IMG/VR virus record: IMGVR_UViG_3300031787_000103
Location: 1,392-65,391 of that record
Length of the DNA stretch: 64,000 nucleotides
Strand: one strand, 5' to 3'
Origin: a virus
Lineage: Duplodnaviria > Caudoviricetes
Position 1 is the first letter of the stretch, and every line of letters starts with the position of its first letter. Positions 39,242 through 49,200 of this stretch are shown one piece after another. Under the pieces are notes generated by a model, which was given only the letters and a program-made list of their open reading frames with translations, had not been told where the DNA came from and did no database searches. A program made the translations under genes and the position numbers.

Positions 39242-40098
39242 TTTGACACCTCCTTCATTTTAGCGTTGTACTCATCCTCGATGATGGCGAAAACATCTAC
39301 GTCGGTTTGGGACTTAATCGCCTCTAACTCCTCTGCTTTAGTGCAGTCCGAAATCATTGCAAGCGCCCTATCTGCCTCTTTGTGAAGGTCAATGGCCTGA
39401 TTGTCCATGTACTCTACTTGTTCGCCCGTATCGTCCTTAATTACGCCCTGATCGGTTTGGATAGCCTTCTGCATTTCGATACTCATAGGCCCGAAACGTC
39501 CGACAAGGAGTTTAAGCACGGTTTTCTTACCCATTGACGTAAATCCGTCCTCTCCTTCGGCCCAAATACCCTTGCCACGCTTGTACATTTGACTGTATTT
39601 CTTAGCGTGTGACTCCATTTCGTCACGGCTCATGTACATAGCCTTTTCAAACCCATTCAAAAGACTGAACCAAGCGTAGAATCCGGCAACCTTACCCTCA
39701 CCACGGACGTTCTTGAACTTGACCTCTTTAGTGATGAAGTTGATCTCGTCAATCTGATTCTCATACACCTCTGACACCCCGATAGTCTTGTATTGACCGG
39801 AACGCTGTGCAAGCTGAATAAGCCCCTTGTAACCCATTTGGAACTGTGCCTGACCGCCGTAAGGGACGATGTACGCGAATCCCAAAGACGGGTTAACCGG
39901 AAGGTCAAGGGTTGCAGCCACAGCCGCAGCGTTATACACCGTTGTCGGGTCTGCTTTTTTCAGTAGATCATTATTATTGACCACCTGCAAGACCGTTGTG
40001 ATAAACGCCGATGAACGCTTACCCAATAGTTCTTCAAACTTTGCCCGAACCGAGTTCTGAGCGAAAAAATCCTTTGCTTTTGCTACTTCTGTACTCAT
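39238..40098 (-). CDS. recT: RecT-family ssDNA annealing protein
   Basis: LGFAYIVPY...AQFQMGYKGLIQLAQRSGQY and MGKKTVLK motifs. Confidence 0.9.
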   Translation of the reverse strand: MSTEVAKAKDFFAQNSVRAKFEELLGKRSSAFITTVLQVVNNNDLLKKADPTTVYNAAAVAATLDLPVNPSLGFAYIVPYGGQAQFQMGYKGLIQLAQRSGQYKTIGVSEVYENQIDEINFITKEVKFKNVRGEGKVAGFYAWFSLLNGFEKAMYMSRDEMESHAKKYSQMYKRGKGIWAEGEDGFTSMGKKTVLKLLVGRFGPMSIEMQKAIQTDQGVIKDDTGEQVEYMDNQAIDLHKEADRALAMISDCTKAEELEAIKSQTDVDVFAIIEDEYNAKMKEVSK

Positions 40099-40100
40099 TA

Positions 40101-40670
40101 TTACTTGTTTGATGTTTTCCAAATCCTTTCCATCGCGTCGGTATACTTTTCAAGCATAAACACGTACTTCTCGTACTTTTTGTTAGCCTTTCCGCGCAAT
40201 ACTTTTGACACAATACGTCTTTTCTGACGGTCGGATATATGTTCTCCGTACACACCCGTTGATTTTGAGTAAAGTATCTCAAAGTTCTTGAGGTGGTATC
40301 CGTCGTCCTTAACACCAAGTCTTTCAAGGCAGTCCGCTACCCTGTGTGCTAATTCGGCGTTTTCGAGGACTTTTATGGAACGGGTTTTCATTTTGTGATA
40401 AATTATTCACCACCAACAAGAAACTTCAACAATAGTTTCGTCACCGTCTTTTACGGTGGCATAATTAAAGCCAAGTTCTTTTACCTTGTACTTTTTGTTT
40501 GGCTCAACGTCAAATCTATAAATATCATCCGAATTACCTCCAACCATTATGTTTATGGACTTTCCTTCAAGCTCACCCACAAACAAAAATGAATACTTGT
40601 AGTAATGGGCAAAAACGACTTCGGATTCACCATACACATCGTTGAATTGTTCTTCTGTCAGCTTTTTCAT
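40101..40670 (-). CDS. Two hypothetical genes (40101-40391, 40407-40670)
   Basis: ORF track; leaderless-type promoter at 40670. Confidence 0.6.
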
Positions 40671-40777
40671 ACCGCTAATGTACGCCCAACTAAGTCACAA
40701 AACGGACACTTTAACAACTAAGTAACAAAAAAAGGAGGCTTTTGACCTCCCTCTTTCACCTTGTCGGGTTATGGTTT

Positions 40778-41851
40778 TTAGAAGAAGATTGCGTCGGGGT
40801 GTGGCTTGCGAATAAGCGCCGGAATCTGCTCACCTGTCTTGAGGTTGAAATACCCGTGCCAACGCCATTCTTTGCCGGTCTCAGGCTGTTCGCAGAATCG
40901 GAACTCCACAACAGCGTGTTCTTTTGTCGGGTCGAACTCAACTGCAAACGGGAAAGATGTAATTCCTTTTACGATTGAACAAGCACCGAAATTTCCGGCC
41001 TCGAACCCTGCCGAAGCATCAGCGGTTTCAGCCGTGCAATCGTTGTAGACAACCGCGTTAAGACGAAGCGAAGTACGTGTGCCTTGCATTGTCGTGAAGT
41101 TGCCGTACTGTGATGGGGCTGTAAGTGTTCCGTTGACGTAGATACTTGGCTCAATCGTTCCGTTAACATTGCTGTCCACAACAACAAAAGCGTTTGCAAT
41201 TTGACCCGCAGATACGTTAACACCATGCCATGTGGTTTTGACTTCCTCGTTTAATTGCTCAATCGTCATGCCTAAAGTCTCGGCCACTACATCGTCACTT
41301 ACCACAATGGTTTGACGACGGCCATTAACAGTTCCAATGTAGTTGTATTGCTCAGGGTCGTTAAGCCATTCAACTATCACTTCATCGTTCTGCTCTGTTA
41401 CAAAAAACGCGGACGGGTGTTGATAACAGATATAACCACCGTCAGGGTGTGGTGTGTATTGGTCGCGTTCAAATGGCGATTGGTCATTAATTCTTGCCGC
41501 TCGTTCTGCCGTAAGAACAAAGTTCGGAAGCCAAAACTCTACTTCGTCACGGAAGAAAATGTGACGGCCTTGTTCGTCCTGACCACTGTACTCGTATCCG
41601 TCCTCGTGGACTTTTGAGTGAAGCCAATTCAAGGCATAGGCGTTGTTGTTCCTTTGCGTGGTTGTGAGATACGGCAATGTTTCACGCTTAAACCCCGTGA
41701 TATACCTTCGTCCTGCGCGGTCGAAAGCATATTGCGGTGTGTTTTTCGTGTAGAACTTTACTGTTCTTTGTCGCTCGTTCCGCATTACGCGGTTCTTTGC
41801 GATGTCGATTACCTCCTGTGGCAATCCTAAAAATTCGGGTGTGTAAATCAT
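40778..41851 (-). CDS. Hypothetical protein (357 aa) downstream of the endolysin
   Basis: ORF track. Confidence 0.7.
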   Translation of the reverse strand: MIYTPEFLGLPQEVIDIAKNRVMRNERQRTVKFYTKNTPQYAFDRAGRRYITGFKRETLPYLTTTQRNNNAYALNWLHSKVHEDGYEYSGQDEQGRHIFFRDEVEFWLPNFVLTAERAARINDQSPFERDQYTPHPDGGYICYQHPSAFFVTEQNDEVIVEWLNDPEQYNYIGTVNGRRQTIVVSDDVVAETLGMTIEQLNEEVKTTWHGVNVSAGQIANAFVVVDSNVNGTIEPSIYVNGTLTAPSQYGNFTTMQGTRTSLRLNAVVYNDCTAETADASAGFEAGNFGACSIVKGITSFPFAVEFDPTKEHAVVEFRFCEQPETGKEWRWHGYFNLKTGEQIPALIRKPHPDAIFF

Positions 41852-41868
41852 TGGGTGGTTATTTTCGG

Positions 41869-42423
41869 CTAAAATACTTGATTTTCAACCCACATCACAA
41901 GGTCGGCCAAATATTTTGCAACCTCTTTCTTTTTGGATTGATAGGCTTCCATGTCGTTAACATTGGTTATGAAACAGACCTCGACAAGTAGGTTTGTTCC
42001 GGCTTCTCTCATCACTGCTAAACGCTTACGGGCTGTCTTGGTTTCGTCCTTTACACCACGGCTGCGAATACCCATAATCGTCGCCAAACTCTTTGAGCAA
42101 GCCTCTGCGGACTTCCATTCAAGTTCGGTGTGTCTTTCCGGTACAATCACTTCTACCCCTGTGGCTTGGGGTGAGGCCGCGTTAAAGTGAAGGTCTAAGA
42201 TAACGTCGGATTCTGTCGAATTAATCTTGGCCAAAACTTGCGAGAGTGAATCGGCGTCGTGGTCTATGGAGTGTCTCACCTTTCGTGGCGTTAACTCCGC
42301 GCTAATTAGGTCACGCAGTTCACGGGTTAGTTCTGCCTCGGTGTAACCGTTGGCAACTGCTCCGGGGTCGTAATTACCTTTTGAACGGTCGGGTACGTGA
42401 CCCCCTAAAATGTACACTGCCAT
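41869..42423 (-). CDS. Endolysin, N-acetylmuramoyl-L-alanine amidase (Amidase_3)
   Basis: GGH....DPGAV....EA, LHFNA and LVEVCFITN zinc motifs. Confidence 0.9.
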   Translation of the reverse strand: MAVYILGGHVPDRSKGNYDPGAVANGYTEAELTRELRDLISAELTPRKVRHSIDHDADSLSQVLAKINSTESDVILDLHFNAASPQATGVEVIVPERHTELEWKSAEACSKSLATIMGIRSRGVKDETKTARKRLAVMREAGTNLLVEVCFITNVNDMEAYQSKKKEVAKYLADLVMWVENQVF

Positions 42424-42893
42424 TACGCAACTAAGTTTTTGGCCCTATAACGGCCTGTGTGGTAAATGTGACGTGCGGTGTCCATATCAGGGGTATTCCA
42501 TGTAACGTAAGACGTATCACGGCTGCAAATGACGCCATGCTTTTGACACGGCTCGACTATGTATATCTCCCCTTCGGAGTATCTATTTTTGGAAACAGGG
42601 TCGTAAATACACCCTTTCACAACCCTCACAACACAATAATGATCGCCGTGGTCGTGGATAGGCACATACCCTCCGGCTGAGACTTCTACAAATAGTTCTT
42701 GGACTTCATCGTCGCGGAACACTTGTTGGATAGTAACCTCTTTGCTCTGTCCGTTGAGCCGTGTCTTGTTTGACGGGAAATCGCGGGAAAAGTGGTTGAC
42801 CGTTCCCTCATTAGGCACTGTCTTTTCAAGCCAAAACTCTAAGGTTTGGTCAAGCTGTGCCACTTGAGCGTCGAAAAAACTGCGCTTCTTCAT
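42423..42893 (-). CDS. Cupin-domain protein
   Basis: G.VPIHDH...VVKG and PCQKHGV cupin motifs. Confidence 0.7.
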   Translation of the reverse strand: MKKRSFFDAQVAQLDQTLEFWLEKTVPNEGTVNHFSRDFPSNKTRLNGQSKEVTIQQVFRDDEVQELFVEVSAGGYVPIHDHGDHYCVVRVVKGCIYDPVSKNRYSEGEIYIVEPCQKHGVICSRDTSYVTWNTPDMDTARHIYHTGRYRAKNLVA

Positions 42894-43234
42894 CTTTTTA
42901 TCAGTTCGTCTATCTTGGTTTCAAGGGTCAAATATGCGTTCTTCGCGGCTTCCATGACCTGATTGGTCTTAATAGCCATATCTGCCATGCGCTCGATGTA
43001 TTTCTCCTTTTCGTTTCGTTCTTTGTATAAAAAGAACAGAAGAAAGACAATAATACCCACCAAAACCACGACAACAATCCCGACCTGACCTGTGAAAGCC
43101 TTGTCGATTATGTTGTTTGTAACCGTGGGGTCAACAACGGTATTGGCGGGTGTCTCGGTAACAACGTCACCTATAACAGTCGGTTGAGCCGTGACCACTT
43201 GAGCGATTAGTAGCAAGATAAGTGTTAGTCGCAT
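42890..43234 (-). CDS. Holin-like membrane protein
   Basis: Signal-like N-terminus, one TM segment and a charged coiled tail; heads the lysis operon. Confidence 0.5.
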   Translation of the reverse strand: MRLTLILLLIAQVVTAQPTVIGDVVTETPANTVVDPTVTNNIIDKAFTGQVGIVVVVLVGIIVFLLFFLYKERNEKEKYIERMADMAIKTNQVMEAAKNAYLTLETKIDELIKR

Positions 43235-43258
43235 ATCTCCCAAAGTTAAGGCTTACTT

Positions 43259-46200
43259 TTAATCCTCCGCATAGCCTTGTATCAACTCTTTTTCTTTTTT
43301 CAGGTACTTAGCCTCGGCATCGTAGTAGTTAATCGGCACACGAAGGTTGTTGTTAACATAGAACTGATACACGGCGTAATTTCTTGCCTTGGTATTGATG
43401 TCGTTAATAGTGGCTTTCATCTTTTCGCGGTAGGATTCCTCCTCCAAAATGTCCTGTGCCTTGCGACGGATATTCTCGTTGGTGAGCATAATACCCAAAT
43501 CCGACAACTGCTCCTCGGCCATCCTTACAATCCTTTCCTGACGTGCGGGCGTGACCTCGTAATCCGACGTTGGCACGGGGTTCTCGGCCCAAATTTTAAG
43601 AAGGTGGTCTAAGTTTTCGCCTGTCATTTTGCTGACCTCGTAGAACTGCTCATCGCTCATCGGAACGTAATCTCCGTCCTCCATTATCCGGTATGCCTCA
43701 CCGCCCCTGTTTGGCCCTGCAATCGAAGGGTTGTACGTGAAAACAAGCCTATCAACCTCATCCACCTTAATGGCGTCTTTGAACATCTTTACGAACCCGT
43801 CTGCACTTGAGGTGTAAATTTGGCCCGTGTCGTAGGTTTTGCCACGGTAATCAAGCGCCGGACGGTCAATCATAGGCTGCAAAAGCCCTGAGTATTTCAT
43901 CAGTTGCTCGGCAAATGTCACGGGTTTTTTGGCCTCGGCGTCAACTAATTGCCCTGCCTGACGGAAGAACGAAGTCGCAGGAATGGTCATTCTCGTAGAA
44001 TACTCCGCAGAAAGTCTCTTGAGCATTGCAGAAATCTTCCTGTCGTCTCCACTTTTCAGATAATTTGTAGCCTCTGTGAGTATTCGTCCCGTCTGCTCAA
44101 AGTACATATTGTTCAGCGCCGCAGAAAGAACCGATAAGGCTATAAAACCTTCCTTGTTGTATCTCTTGGCATCTTCAAGCGCGGCCTTGGTTTTCAGGTT
44201 CACGGCAAAAGGCCCGAACCAATCAAGGCTGATGTTGTTGCCATTGATTCGGATGGTGTTAGCGGGGCGCATTTTGGATATATTCTGAGCCTCTTTCCAA
44301 TTTTCCGGCCCTTCGCCAAAGATCATCTTCATTTTTTCTTCCTCGTCGTCGTCTGCAGCCGCAAGAATAAGTGCTGAAATAAGCGCCCCAACCGCCGCAC
44401 GGTAGTAATACTGTCCGGCCCTGCGAAAATCGTAGTCGCTTTCAATACCCTTAGACTTATTGTATCCGGCCATCGCGGTGTATGCCGCCGCCTTAATACC
44501 TCCGTACACAGGTGTTAACTCCATTGACTTCTCAAGGATATTCGACACCGACTTCACGAACGGAATAAGAAAGTCCATAGTGGCTTTCCACATGAACTCA
44601 CCAAGTTCAAGCGCACGGATAGCGTTAGGGTTCTTTGTCTTGCTCTTAACCTTCCTGATCGCTCGTGAACCCGCTTGCTTAAACTCATTTACCGCAAGTC
44701 CGATACTTGAAAAAAAGAATGGGTCGGTTGCCTTGTAAGTCGTTCTATTTCCATAGAACTGCTGCGCCCGAAGAACATCCTCGCCCCTCTTTTGCTCTAT
44801 AATCTCATGCACACGGCGGTTGTAGCGCGTCCGTCCGGCAAAGTCGGTAATGTCTATACCCTTTTCGGCGTATTCTTTTTCAGCTTGTTTCTCTGCTTCG
44901 TTAATCTCAACGGCAAACGCGGCCTCGTAAGCCCTGCGGTTTAACTCCTTGTTGCTCATGTACGGGTTGGCACGGCGCAACTGAGCCTTAATGTAGGTGT
45001 AAGCCTCGCTTTCTTCGGCTATTACTTGGTTGAACGTATCGAAAGCCGACATAAACCGCATGAACGGTCTTTCCATTATGCCTGAGTACCCGCCCAACTT
45101 GTGAAACAGCCCAACGTCCTTAAACGCCATGCGCGGATTTTCCATGTAACGAACCGAAGGTGAACCCTCTTTGTTCTTGGTAATCTCACTCATTGCCGTT
45201 CCTTTGTCAATGCCGCCACGCCAAAGAACGTCCATTGCCGTCCAAAAAGCCTTTTTATGTGCTTTTGTCACGGCGCGAAGTATCTCTTTGTCCCCGATAC
45301 CTTGACGGCTAACCTGATTGACAAGCACGTTATATGTGGTGTCAATAACGGCGTCAATAGAACCCGTCATGTTCTTTAAGGCGGTCACAGGGCCACTCAA
45401 AAGACGGGCTTTCATGCGCTCAAGAAAAGCATTGGTCAAGAACTGCGGCGAACCCAAATATTCTAAGTACGCTTGCAGCCTCTCCTCAAGCCTTTCCTTT
45501 TCCGCTCCGGCGTCCATCGAGTCAATCTCCTCGACCAACTTTTCAATGCTCCGTTCATCTTCTTTTGAGAACGCAACAACCCCGAAGTCTGAGGCCAATT
45601 TTTCAAGAACGTCCGCATCGGTTAAGCCACCCTGTTTCCATGTTTCCACAAGTCCTTGAATACGGGTGTTACGGCGCACGGCCTGACCGACGCCTCTCAA
45701 ACGGCCTCTTTTGTAGGCTTCAACCTTTGTTTTAACCGCTCTTTTCTTCTTCTCAACCACAATCCTATTGGCCTCTGACTCAATAATAGGCATAATGGAA
45801 GCAAGAATATCTGCGGGAATCCGGTCTTTCAACGCCTCTTTAATCTTTGCCACCACGGGCGCTGCGTCACGGCTATCGGTTGTTACTTTCTTCCAATCGA
45901 CCTGCATTTTGCCGCCGACTTCTTTGCCGTAACCCGCATCAATCAAAGCTTCCTTAATCTGCTTTTCAAGCCCCTTTCCTTCCCATTTCTTTGCCTCGTC
46001 CTTAATCTTCTTCGCTGCCTCTCTTTCGGCTTTTTTAGCGGCTTTATCTAAGTCTAATTTGGCTTTCTTCGCGTTCTTCTCCTCCTCTAACTTAGCTTTC
46101 AGCGCCTCGCCTTCCTTATACATTTCCTCGGCAAGTTGAGTGACTACTTCCGGCGTATCGAATAGTTCGGCTTCAACCCCACGTTCAATCAAAGCCTCTT

Positions 46201-49200
46201 TAGCTTCTTCGTAGAGTTCCGCAAAATACTCCTCGTATTTACCCTTTGTGTCACGGCGCATTTTCTTGTAGAAGTCCGCGAACTTGTAGTATCCACTCTC
46301 AAGGTAGTAACCCGAAGCGTAACTAAGGTACTCCCACACCTGCGGGTCAAGGAACGGGTTTGCGGCTGCTTTGCCAAATGCCTTTCGGCGAAGTTCGTCT
46401 AATTTCTCACGCTTGAACGATCTTTGCTTCTGAGGTTTTCCTGCTTTTGGCTCGGACTGAATCTTCTTAATCTTGTCCTCAAGTTCCTTGATAATCCTGT
46501 CCTTTTCGGCAACGGTTTCACCCAAAATTCGGTTAACCGCCTCCTCGACCGCTTCGGCCATCTCGTCCTTGCTATCAAGGGTTTTAGCTACATCTTTGGC
46601 CGCTTTCTGAGCATTGGGCGCAAATATCTTGTTTCGCTTTTCAATTTCTTTTTTTGACTTGCGAACAATAGAATATGCGCTGTTTTCATAAATGCTTTCT
46701 ATGTAAGAATTGTAGCGACCGTATGCCGTGGCCTTAGCCGCCAACTTCTCTTTGACATCAAGTTGATAGTCGGCCCATTTATCCTTCTCGTTTACCGTCT
46801 TAGCCTTTTGGCCTTGTTCTTTGGCATAGATCAACGCCTCGCCGTAAACAAGCGACTGCAATTCTACCGGAACAGGTGAATTGGGTCTATCCGACAACGA
46901 AACCGCATCTTCTATACCTAAATCCGCAATAATTCCTTTCGCAAGGTCACGGGCGGCTTCGATGCCCAATGTTTCGTAGTAGGAACGGTCGTCGGCCAAT
47001 AACGCATCTTTGGTCTCTTGGTCAAGATCGCTTCGGTTAACATAGGCTTCGATAACACCTCTTAGTTTGCGCTGTGGCGTTTCTTTCTTCTCCTCCTTCT
47101 CCGGTGTAGGCGGAACGTAATCGTCGCCGACCTTTTCGGATACACGGGATTCAATATTCTTTACATCGTCGGGTTCAAGCGCCTTGTACTCGTCGGACTT
47201 TCGCCACTCCGCAAGTGCTTGGGCCATGTTGTCAACGGAACGAAGAACTTTGGCAAGTGCCCTCGCCGCTGCTGCAACCGCCGCCGCATTTGCGCCTAAC
47301 GAACCGCCTAATTCATCGGCAAACGAATCCAAGTCGTCGGCTAACTTTTGGAGTTTTGACGGCTTCTTTGGCTTTTCTTTTGAAACGGAAGGGGTCTCTC
47401 CCCCTCCGTCGGTCGCAGTCACCTCTACTGCGGGCTGCTCACTAATGTTTACTTCATCGACACGTTCTTCTTTCATGTCGATTTTTTCTCCTTTTTTCGA
47501 CGCGTCCGGTGCAAGCAAATCCTCAACCGCCTTTACAAGTTCGGGGTTGCTTCCGTCTTTCTTTGCGGCGTGGTAGGCTTCGGCAAGTGCATTAGCATCG
47601 CCGTTATTATTTTGGATGAACCTATAAAGATTAGTGCCAACTCTCCCTCCTTTTGTGTCAGTTAAAACAAACGCCCTGTCTAATGAAGGAGAATAAACTA
47701 TTGGGTCTCCATTTGATTCACCAACCTTATACCATCCGTCCCCAATATCCTTAGCCCCCATACGAAGCGCCTTATCCCATGAGTTATTCTCATTGTTGGC
47801 GGCTATGACATCGTTGCTTTTTGGATTAAATTCCCGCGCGGTTGCTGTGTCTGTTATTTTTGTTTTTACGGGCACTTTTTTCAGCGCATTCGCCGTACTT
47901 TCAACGTCTTTAAGCGCGTCCGGTACACCTATACCTTGACCTTCTGCCTCTGTCGGTAAAGCTGTGGGTTGACTTTGTGCAAGAATATCGGCAGGACTCT
48001 TTTTGCCATACAATCCCAATGACTCAATCAACTCCTTTTTATCTAACTCAAACTGAGTCGGCTTGTTTTTGCTTCTTCCAGTTGGTTCAGTGTAATAAGA
48101 AGGGTCTGATTTGAAACTTGGAAAGAAAACAGGGATAGACCTTTTTGCGTTACGCTTATTTTTTTCTCCTTCATGCAACTCGAAAGACACCGTTTTGCCC
48201 GCGTTATCCTTACGAACAAAAAGACGAGCGCCTGAAAATTGCCCTTTAATTTTATCAACAAAAGACTCAACATCCTTATCATAATCTATTTCAACCTCTC
48301 CTTCACCTCTTGCAACGTCAACGGCGGGTTGTACTCCTTCTCCCCCTTGTCCGACTTCACCTTCTGTAATCGTAGGTCGAACGCCTCCATCAACCTCAGT
48401 ATCGCTTGCCTGTGCTGTTTCATTTGTCCTGTTTTTTAGTAAATTAACTGGACTTTCTTCGCCCTGTATTGCTTCTGTGGCGGGCATTTCAACGGCTTCA
48501 CCTGCCTGTGGTCGCTCCGTTACTTGGTCGGTCGGTTGGTCGGTTACTTGGTCGGCAACCCCCTCACTTTCTTTGCTTGACTTTACCTGTTTTTCAATTT
48601 TTTCATCGTTGTAAATCGCAATAGTTTCAGGTGTTTCTTGAAACTTATTAGCCCCAAGGCCTAAATTGTCGGGATAGTAGTCCCAACTCTCCCAAACATC
48701 TTCCTTTATCCTTATTCCATCGTATCCTAATTTTTTAGTAAGCCATTCAATGTGATTTCCCTCTATTTTTTTTCCGTATCTAAGAATGTCAGAAACATAC
48801 TTGAAATCTGAAAGATTTTTGTCACTAAACGACAAAATAGTATCATCCCTTAAACCCGCTTCTTTCAGCAATGGTCTAATCAACAACGGATTTAGCTTAT
48901 CGTTAGCGTTCAATATTCTTGCGTCAGGACTTATTGATACTTCGTATACGTTTCCAACACCCTCATCGACATCACCGTCTTTTGACTCCCTTAGTGCTTT
49001 GTTTTGCTTTGCAAGATGACTAAAAAGTTTAGCGGCATCTTTATTGTTTGTTAAGTAAACAGCGTCACCGAGAGTGCCACTATTCCAACCTACTGCTGAA
49101 TTAGATTTTTGAGCGGTCAATTTGCCTTCTAACTCTACGGCAGTCCCGTGATAAAACACGTTGTCTTTCGCTTCTGTCTTATCCCCCTCACTTTCGAGGG

